11,586 nt of DNA from Phycisphaerae bacterium (GTDB lineage Bacteria > Planctomycetota > Phycisphaerae > UBA1845): assembly GCA_029260255.1 (NCBI GenBank), contig JAJDDR010000512.1:1-11586 (forward strand), given 5' to 3'. This document shows positions 6,028 to 11,586 of the stretch, in pieces. Position numbers and translations under genes: made by a program. Numbering within the stretch: position 1 is the stretch's first letter; every line of letters starts with the position of its first letter. The notes beneath the pieces were generated by a model. That model was not told the DNA's origin. It saw nothing but the letters and a program-made list of their open reading frames with translations, and searched no databases.

Positions 6028-7401
6028 ATGCGTCGAGTCCTTCTTTCCGCCGTCGCTGTGATGTGGACGCTCCCCGCGCATGGTCAACAGAGCGACGACG
6101 ATCGTACCCGCGCGCCCCGCGTCCAGACGGTGACACCCGCGACGGGCGCAGAGGGAGTCGCACCCGGATCGGCCGAGATTCACGTGCGCTTCGACATGCC
6201 TATGAGCCGAGAAGGCTACTCGTTCGTCGGCAGCGGTCCACACTTTCCACAGCCGACGGGCGCGGCCCGCTGGATCGACGCGTACGAGTGTGTTCTGCCG
6301 GTGAAACTCAAACCGAGCTGGGTATACCGATTCGGCATCAACAGCCCTCGGCACAAGAACTTCCGGAGCGTGTGGCTTGTGCCGGTCGTGCCCGTCGCGT
6401 GCCAGTTCGAGACGGCCGGCGTGAGTGCCGTCAAGCATACGCCGGACGAGCAACGCAGGCTGAATATCACGTCCTACGATGCGCTCTGTGAGGCGATGCG
6501 CACGCGGTACTCCTATCTCGAGCGTCTCGGTCTCGACTGGGAAGCGGTTTTTGCCGCGCACCGGAAGGAAGTCGTCGACGCGCCCGATGTGCAAGAGTGG
6601 ACTCGGCGTGCGGCGCGGATGCTGTCAAGCGCGGAGGATCTTCATCTGCTGCTCGAACTCGATGGCGACAAACACGCCACTGCGGTTCGCTCGGTGACGC
6701 CGAATTGGAACCGGGCGTCGACCAATGAGGCGTTTCCGGACATGCGGGACCTCGGGAGCGGGGTGGCCGTCGCCCGGGCGAGTGACGGCATCGGTTACGT
6801 GCTGATCGGCACGTGGTCGAACGACGCGGGAGCCGCGGTCGAACGCCTCCACACCGTGTTCGCGGAGATGGTGGACGCGCCGGGGATCGTTATCGACGTG
6901 CGACCCAACGCCGGCGGTAGTGAGACGCTCGCGCGGAAGGTGGCCGCGTGGTTTGTGGACAAGCCGCGCGTCTATGCAAGACACGCGTTTCGCCGGGGAC
7001 CGAACTCGGACGACTTCACGCCGGAACGGGAGCGCACTGTCAAGCCTAATGATGCTGACCGGCGATATCGCGGCCCCGTCGTCGTGCTCATGGGCAGAGC
7101 GAACATGAGCAGTTGCGAGGCGTTCCTGCTGATGATGAAGCAGGCGCCGAATGCGACGCTGGTCGGCGAAACGTCTTATGGCAGCTCGGGCAATCCGAAG
7201 CCTGCTTTCCTGCCCAATGGAGTGATCGCCCACATCCCGTCGTGGAAGGCGATGTTGCCGGACGGATCGACGTTCGAAGGACGCGGCATCCCCCCGGACG
7301 TTGAAATCCCGTCCAAGGGCGTCGACTTTGCCAAGCGCGACCCCGTGCTGGACGCGGGCCTCCGGCTACTGCGCGAACGGGCAGCGAACAAGGAACGGTA
7401 G
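6028..7401 (+). CDS. Secreted S41-family serine peptidase (C-terminal-processing/tail-specific protease-like) with an N-terminal signal peptide and an N-terminal beta-rich (Ig-like) domain.
   Basis: ATG 6028 with GGAG 7 nt upstream gives the signal peptide MRRVLLSAVAVMWTLPAHG|QQ. The S41 core motifs are present: GIVIDVRPNAGGSE, GPVVVLMGRANMSSCEAFLLMMK (candidate catalytic Ser in SSCE and Lys in MMK) and TLVGETSYGSSGNP. The upstream 58 codons of the long ORF 5854.. are Arg-rich and do not look coding. Confidence 0.85.
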   Translation: MRRVLLSAVAVMWTLPAHGQQSDDDRTRAPRVQTVTPATGAEGVAPGSAEIHVRFDMPMSREGYSFVGSGPHFPQPTGAARWIDAYECVLPVKLKPSWVYRFGINSPRHKNFRSVWLVPVVPVACQFETAGVSAVKHTPDEQRRLNITSYDALCEAMRTRYSYLERLGLDWEAVFAAHRKEVVDAPDVQEWTRRAARMLSSAEDLHLLLELDGDKHATAVRSVTPNWNRASTNEAFPDMRDLGSGVAVARASDGIGYVLIGTWSNDAGAAVERLHTVFAEMVDAPGIVIDVRPNAGGSETLARKVAAWFVDKPRVYARHAFRRGPNSDDFTPERERTVKPNDADRRYRGPVVVLMGRANMSSCEAFLLMMKQAPNATLVGETSYGSSGNPKPAFLPNGVIAHIPSWKAMLPDGSTFEGRGIPPDVEIPSKGVDFAKRDPVLDAGLRLLRERAANKER

Positions 7402-7468
7402 GGGCGACTGTGACCGGATGATCGCAAGACGGCCAGCGCCGACCGCCGACAGGGCGATCCCACGGGAG

Positions 7469-7486
7469 TTCGCCTCGCCAGGCGAA
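7469..7486. terminator. Stem-loop TTCGCCT-cgcc-AGGCGAA between the convergent peptidase and vsr genes. Possible bidirectional terminator with no U-tract.
   Basis: Read directly from the sequence: a 7-bp perfect stem with a 4-nt loop. No T-run follows on either strand, so the assignment is weak. Confidence 0.2.
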
Positions 7487-7534
7487 GGAAGAACCCCACC
7501 CTGGCCGATCACTTGATCGCGCCCGGAACAGCCT

Positions 7535-7939
7535 TCAACCCCGCAAGGAATCCCGCAGGCGCTTCGCCAGCCAATCGGGACGGCGAGTCCAACATTCCCA
7601 TACGACCATTGCCTGCCATCCCTGTCGTCGGAGGTCACGCAGGTTTCGACGATCCCTCGTCTTGTTCTGTTCGAACTTCGTGAGCCAGAATTGCCGCCGA
7701 GTCGCCGGTGTCGTCGCTCGCTTGCATCGATGCCGATGCCAGAAGCACCCATGAACGAAGATGATCTTGCGGAGCCTCGGAAGGACGATATCTGGTGAGC
7801 CGGGGAGATCTCGGACGTAGAGACGGTAGCGATACCCCATCCCGTGGATGAGTCTTCTGACGATCAGTTCGGGCTTCGAGTCCCGCTGCGGGACAGCGGC
7901 CATCATTCGCGATCGCTGCTCTGGCGAAACGATGTCCAT
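7535..7939 (-). CDS. vsr: Very-short-patch repair endonuclease Vsr (T:G mismatch endonuclease that accompanies C5-cytosine methyltransferases).
   Basis: 134 aa from MDIVSPEQRSRMMAAVPQRDSKPELIVRRLIHGMGYRYRLYV..DIVLPRLRKIIFVHGCFWHRHRC...FW..K...N..RD......L...GW...VVWEC. It aligns along its whole length with E. coli Vsr, including the FxHGCFWHxHxC signature. The six-frame ORF extends to 8077, but that part overlaps the upstream gene. ATG 7939 lies 17 nt after the upstream stop. Confidence 0.9.
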   Translation of the reverse strand: MDIVSPEQRSRMMAAVPQRDSKPELIVRRLIHGMGYRYRLYVRDLPGSPDIVLPRLRKIIFVHGCFWHRHRCKRATTPATRRQFWLTKFEQNKTRDRRNLRDLRRQGWQAMVVWECWTRRPDWLAKRLRDSLRG

Positions 7940-7956
7940 CCGCTGCAGTTGCCCCT

Positions 7957-8655
7957 CTACACAACGTACGCTTTCTCCGCGATGTACTTCTGGATGTTCT
8001 CCAAAATGCCTCTCACGAAGACGACAGCCTGCTCCTTTGTCTCGCGCAACTGGTCCACCGTGAATGCCCTGCCGCACTCACGAAACGACAAAACACCATG
8101 GGCAAGGTGGTTCCGCTGTGCAACCACCGTAGCGAGGTCGGCACCACCCAGAGCGTCTGGCGGTGTTTCCACCGGGATTCCGAGGCGATGGCAGATTACT
8201 CGTACCTTCTCTGCATCTAGATTGCCTGCTGTTGGAAGATGCTGGGAGTCCATTGCGACCACGACTTGATTCACTACGTGGGAGACGAGCTCCTTCGCTG
8301 TGTCCTGATACGTCCTCAGCGACGCTGAATGTCGGTCAATGCCCCGAAACTGCTGATCAATCCAGACTGACCGAACCTCCTCCCGAAGGTCCTCGCACTT
8401 GCATCCTTCACTCTTCATTGTCTCATAGAGCGAGCCGAGCGCACTCCGAATAGCAGCTTCGACGAGGTTGTAGATCAACAAGAACGACGTGGCCTTCAGG
8501 GTCTTCACCCACTCTCTGTCGATTTCCTTCTCGAGATCGTGGTTATCGCCCTCGAACACGAGCCTTGCATTGGGCTGTTCAAGGTCGCCAAGGGACTCAA
8601 AGTACGTGTTGATCTCCGCTACACGCTCGTCAAAATCGTCAAGCACACCCTTCAT
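7957..8655 (-). CDS. 232-aa predicted all-helical protein with a C-terminal R-x4-H motif (AQRNHLAHG). Putative HEPN-like RNase effector partnered with the DUF262 protein.
   Basis: Clean ORF with codon usage like its upstream neighbour. The start ATG overlaps the DUF262 stop as ATGA (8652..8655). A GAGGAGG Shine-Dalgarno lies 7 nt upstream. The only recognisable catalytic-looking motif is R-N-H-L-A-H near the C-terminus, followed by a predicted helix, which is the HEPN arrangement. No PD-(D/E)xK, HNH or DUF1524 signature was seen. The functional call is inference. Confidence 0.55.
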   Translation of the reverse strand: MKGVLDDFDERVAEINTYFESLGDLEQPNARLVFEGDNHDLEKEIDREWVKTLKATSFLLIYNLVEAAIRSALGSLYETMKSEGCKCEDLREEVRSVWIDQQFRGIDRHSASLRTYQDTAKELVSHVVNQVVVAMDSQHLPTAGNLDAEKVRVICHRLGIPVETPPDALGGADLATVVAQRNHLAHGVLSFRECGRAFTVDQLRETKEQAVVFVRGILENIQKYIAEKAYVV

Positions 8656-9710
8656 TCCCTCGCCTCCTCGAGCAGTCGGTCGCGGACGTACTCGATCCTG
8701 CCTTTCAGGCGGGGAAGCGAGTTGCTGGCGTGCGTGGTTGTATGGGTTTTGAAGTCTGGTGAATCAAGCCACGCCATCGGACCCGGGATTAGGTCAGGGT
8801 GCTCGCGGAGTGCGAGGTTGACGCCCACGGAAATCGCCTCGAAGCGTACCCGTGGCGCCGATCGCATTTGGGGCCCTTTGGCGAATCCGTGGGGGAAATG
8901 CTGCTCTACGAATCGAAGCATACGAGCGAATTCTCGTGCCATGCTCTCCTCATCAAAACCCTTCTGCTGGTCGCAAGCGAACTTGTCCAAGAATTTATGC
9001 ACAGAATGACGGAATTTCTTGTAGCGATCGGAGTAGGCAAAGAAACGTAGAACCAATTCCGTGGGTTCACGCCGTAGACGCATGATCTCACTGATAGGGC
9101 AGAGCTTGCCAAAGAGCGGATCCTGTGAGACGCGCTTGAGGAAGTCCATGAAGGGACCCGGATAAGCACCCCTTCGGACTTCGCTCGGTCTGGCTTTTTC
9201 GCCTCGTGTGTTGATTCTCTTGAACAACTCGTATCGCAAATCGCGAGTCGTTCTCTCCTCCAACACGACTATCCGAAGTGGGCGACTCGCGAACTTGCGC
9301 TGCTGCGATGTCGGAAGGTCTGAATGATAGAAGTCGTTGAGGCTGTGGAGTTTCTCCAAGCCCGTTAGCCTGAGTCCATCCTCCATGAAACTCTCGAGCG
9401 TGTACATGCGCTGGGCGCCGTCGACGATCTCAAACCGCCCATCGTCCATCTCCGCGAAGAACATCATCGGAATTGGCAGACCGAGGATGACGGATTCTAT
9501 GAAGGCACACTTGTTGCTCATGCGCCACACGTATTCGCGCTGGTAGTCTGGGATGTAGTACAGATCTTCCCGGAATTTGCCCACAAGGTAGTCGATGGGA
9601 AGGTCGCGAATATTGAAGTCGACGTCCCGCTGAGTCTGTCGTATCTGTTGCTCGGCGCGCCTCTGCTCTTCGGGGGTCACTTTGAACAGCTCGACTGAGG
9701 CCTTGGACAT
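8652..9710 (-). CDS. Stand-alone DUF262 protein: ParB-like/'DGQHR' NTPase domain, the N-terminal domain of GmrSD/SspE/BrxU-type modification-sensing enzymes. It has no fused DUF1524 nuclease.
   Basis: 352 aa. The hallmark motifs are IPDYQREYVW (IPxYQRxYxW), LGLPIP, EIVDGAQRMYTL (DGxQR) and LFKRINTRGEKARPSEV. The C-terminal 170 aa are helical without His-Me or HNH motifs. A GAGGT Shine-Dalgarno lies 6 nt upstream of ATG 9710. It starts 10 nt after the MTase stop. Confidence 0.9.
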   Translation of the reverse strand: MSKASVELFKVTPEEQRRAEQQIRQTQRDVDFNIRDLPIDYLVGKFREDLYYIPDYQREYVWRMSNKCAFIESVILGLPIPMMFFAEMDDGRFEIVDGAQRMYTLESFMEDGLRLTGLEKLHSLNDFYHSDLPTSQQRKFASRPLRIVVLEERTTRDLRYELFKRINTRGEKARPSEVRRGAYPGPFMDFLKRVSQDPLFGKLCPISEIMRLRREPTELVLRFFAYSDRYKKFRHSVHKFLDKFACDQQKGFDEESMAREFARMLRFVEQHFPHGFAKGPQMRSAPRVRFEAISVGVNLALREHPDLIPGPMAWLDSPDFKTHTTTHASNSLPRLKGRIEYVRDRLLEEARE

Positions 9711-9720
9711 GTTTGTACCT

Positions 9721-10863
9721 CTACCCGATATGGTCCATTATGTTACTGATGACGTATGCGGACATCACCGGAGGGACGGCATTCCCAATCAAATCCTGGA
9801 GGGACCTCCGTGTTTTGGCCGCTGAGAAATCGAAGAAATCCGGGAAGCCCTGGATTCTCGCGGCTTCGTGCGGCGTGATGACGCGCGGGCGCGTCGGGTG
9901 GACGAATCGACCTTGGCCCATGCAGCCGAAGCCGGTGGTGATCGTCTGGGCGGGCTGATCCCATTTCAGGCGGCCGTACATGGAGATGTAGCTGTGGCCG
10001 TTCTCATGGCACGGCGGGCGCTGCTCGTTCGGCAGATCGTACACATCGTGCTTGAAGAGGTATTCGACGCGTTTGCGGTTGCGCAGCGTCATGCGAGATG
10101 GCGTGCGGAACATCTCGGTTCGGTGTTCCGACTCGTCCTGAATGTCGGCGAGATAGTCCGAGACGGCGACCGGCTGCTGACAATCGGTCGGGAAGGCGTC
10201 GGCGACGTCGAATTCGGCATCTCGCACGGCGAGGAGGATGTGTCGTTTGCGGCGCTGGGGCAGACCGAGCGTCGAGGCCCTGACGATGCGGGCCGCGACG
10301 GAGTATCCGAGAGACTTCAGTGTCTTGAGGCTGCGCGCCACGACGTTCGAGTGATCGTGAATGACCGGACCCACGTTTTCGATGAGCACGATTCGGGGCT
10401 TCAGCAATTCGACCGTGCGGACCACCCGCAGGTAGAGCGCGTTTCTCGGGTCCTTCCGCCGTGTGTGGTTGTTCAGGTCCGAATGCCCCTGACAGGGAGG
10501 GCCTGCCACGAGGATGTCGACCTTGCCGGCCTTCCGAACTGCCGTTAGTTCGACAGCTTGCGGTGGTGATCCCAGCTTTCCCGGGAACACTTCGCGGATA
10601 TCGATCTCCCGAGCGGTTGTCTTCGAGACGGCGAAGTTCGCTCGGTACACGGCCAGTGCATCACCACAGGTGTCGATCGCGAGTTTGACCTTCAGTGTCT
10701 TGTTGTTGACGCGCGCCGCCTCCCAGGCGCCGAGCGTGAGCCCCCCGCAACCGCAGAACAGGTCGACGATCGAGACCGTCCCGCGGGATGTCTGTGGAGG
10801 CGTCGGCCACGTTTTCCAGCGAATCCACGTGGCGGCACAGATGCTGGCCGGTGACGACGGCAT
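9721..10863 (-). CDS. DNA (cytosine-5)-methyltransferase (Dcm-like C5-MTase).
   Basis: All C5-MTase motifs are present in order: I IVDLFCGCGG, IV ILVAGPPCQGHS (catalytic Cys), VI LIENV, VIII QRRKRHILL, TRD element RLKWDQPAQTITTG, and IX/X GNAVPPVMSAYV. The ORF in the track starts at an in-frame TTG (10899). The first ATG is 10863, and neither has a good Shine-Dalgarno. About 30 aa precede motif I. Confidence 0.9.
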   Translation of the reverse strand: MPSSPASICAATWIRWKTWPTPPQTSRGTVSIVDLFCGCGGLTLGAWEAARVNNKTLKVKLAIDTCGDALAVYRANFAVSKTTAREIDIREVFPGKLGSPPQAVELTAVRKAGKVDILVAGPPCQGHSDLNNHTRRKDPRNALYLRVVRTVELLKPRIVLIENVGPVIHDHSNVVARSLKTLKSLGYSVAARIVRASTLGLPQRRKRHILLAVRDAEFDVADAFPTDCQQPVAVSDYLADIQDESEHRTEMFRTPSRMTLRNRKRVEYLFKHDVYDLPNEQRPPCHENGHSYISMYGRLKWDQPAQTITTGFGCMGQGRFVHPTRPRVITPHEAARIQGFPDFFDFSAAKTRRSLQDLIGNAVPPVMSAYVISNIMDHIG

Positions 10864-10998
10864 GGGCGGCACTATACCCGCGAGGGCAGGCGACGCCAAC
10901 TCACGCTACGTGTCCAATACCCAAGGACGCCGGAAGTGCCATTGCGCGCGCCGGGTGTCCCGGAAGAGTCACACGCCGATCGCCGCGGGCCGCGATCA

Positions 10999-11586
10999 CT
11001 ATCGCCTGCTGTAGAGTCGATCGTCTGCGCTGAGGAATCCGTTCTTGGGGAAGTCCATCAGCATCTCGGCTGTGGCGGACGCGCCGGGCTTGCGGAAGCG
11101 CGCGGTGGTGGACTCGCCGTGGCCGTCGACGAAGGTGATGTTCGTTGCGTTCGCGTGGCGGTATGCCTGGGTGCCGGCGTGAACGAGCGCTTCGGGCACG
11201 CCGGTGTCACGCGGTGCGCGCATGAACTTGTTCGCGCCGGAAGCGTAGCCGCCGTCTCCGGTGATGGCCGTCGCTGACGGGCGGCGCATCTCCGTATCCA
11301 GGGCGGGCGATTCGCCCATTCCGAGAAACGAGCCCTCGCCTTGGCCTCTGCCGATGTAGGAGGTGTTGTAGTTGTAACCCGTGAAGGGGTCAGCGGCGGT
11401 CATGCTCGGGCCCTTGTACGACGGGCACTGCTGGGTTTCATGACCCTGAATATACCGCCAGATGAGTCCGGGCTCGGTACTGCCCGAGGCCGTGGGCCGA
11501 CTCGTCGTATCCCACGCGACCCACGCGCCGTTGCTGTGGTCGAAATACTGCGCGATGGGAAACCGATCCGCGTTGTCGTTGGTGTA
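10999..11586 (-). CDS. C-terminal part of a DUF1559 protein with a prepilin-type H-X9-DG motif (planctomycete-type pseudopilin-like secreted protein). The gene start lies beyond the window end.
   Basis: The reading frame is open from the window end through to stop TAG at 10999..11001 (...YTNDNADRFPIAQYFDHSNGAWVAWDTTSRPTASGSTEPGLIWRYIQGHETQQCPSYKGPSMTAAD...). The terminal H-ANATNITFV-DG is an exact H-X9-DG. The M at 11403 in the six-frame track is internal. Confidence 0.8.
   Translation of the reverse strand, partial: YTNDNADRFPIAQYFDHSNGAWVAWDTTSRPTASGSTEPGLIWRYIQGHETQQCPSYKGPSMTAADPFTGYNYNTSYIGRGQGEGSFLGMGESPALDTEMRRPSATAITGDGGYASGANKFMRAPRDTGVPEALVHAGTQAYRHANATNITFVDGHGESTTARFRKPGASATAEMLMDFPKNGFLSADDRLYSRR

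Noticed and set aside
5860-7233. Minus-strand ORFs 5860..6594 and 6625..7233 antisense to the S41 peptidase gene
   Set aside because: They are antisense artefacts. The peptidase frame carries unambiguous S41 motifs.
7940-8077. N-terminal extension of the vsr ORF up to 8077
   Set aside because: The homologous Vsr sequence begins at MDIVS (7939). The extension overlaps the 3' end of the preceding gene in another frame and has no Vsr similarity.
9868-10548. 226-aa plus-strand ORF antisense to the C5-MTase gene, and the smaller plus-strand ORFs 8539..9009, 8799..9050 and 8852..9085 antisense to DUF262
   Set aside because: The opposite frames contain complete MTase and DUF262 motif sets. These are spurious.
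1-11586. CRISPR arrays, IS elements or transposases, integrases, rRNA and tRNA genes
   Set aside because: No regularly spaced direct repeats were seen, and no DDE, tyrosine-recombinase or serine-recombinase motifs in any frame. The only dispersed repeats are the short motifs reported above.

Overview
This is a high-GC (about 65% by hand counts) bacterial chromosomal segment. It is probably from Planctomycetota, because the right edge carries the C-terminus of a DUF1559 protein with an H-X9-DG motif.

Gene content from left to right:
- the N-terminus of an archaeal-type cofactor-independent phosphoglycerate-mutase-like (ApgM-like) gene on the minus strand;
- a divergently transcribed PLP-dependent trans-sulfuration enzyme (MetB/MetC family) on the plus strand, with two tandem 24-bp near-perfect palindromes in the shared promoter region;
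- about 1.4 kb that is almost entirely non-coding, with one 42-aa membrane ORF, an AT-richer island full of short repeats, and a duplicated 22-nt motif;
- an NfeD-like/flotillin (SPFH) operon on the plus strand with a 29-nt gene overlap;
- a standalone class I SAM methyltransferase on the minus strand;
- a secreted S41 serine peptidase on the plus strand;
- a tightly packed four-gene minus-strand operon: C5-cytosine DNA methyltransferase (Dcm-like), then a stand-alone DUF262 protein (ParB-like, DGxQR motif, the GmrS/SspE N-domain), then a 232-aa helical protein with a C-terminal R-x4-H motif (HEPN-like), then Vsr.

The DUF262 and HEPN-like pair has visibly lower GC than the flanking MTase, vsr and host genes. 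The two genes are translationally coupled by an ATGA overlap and sit exactly where dcm and vsr are normally contiguous. This is the candidate for an undescribed modification-linked defense or abortive-infection module. No rRNA, tRNA, CRISPR or transposase was detected.
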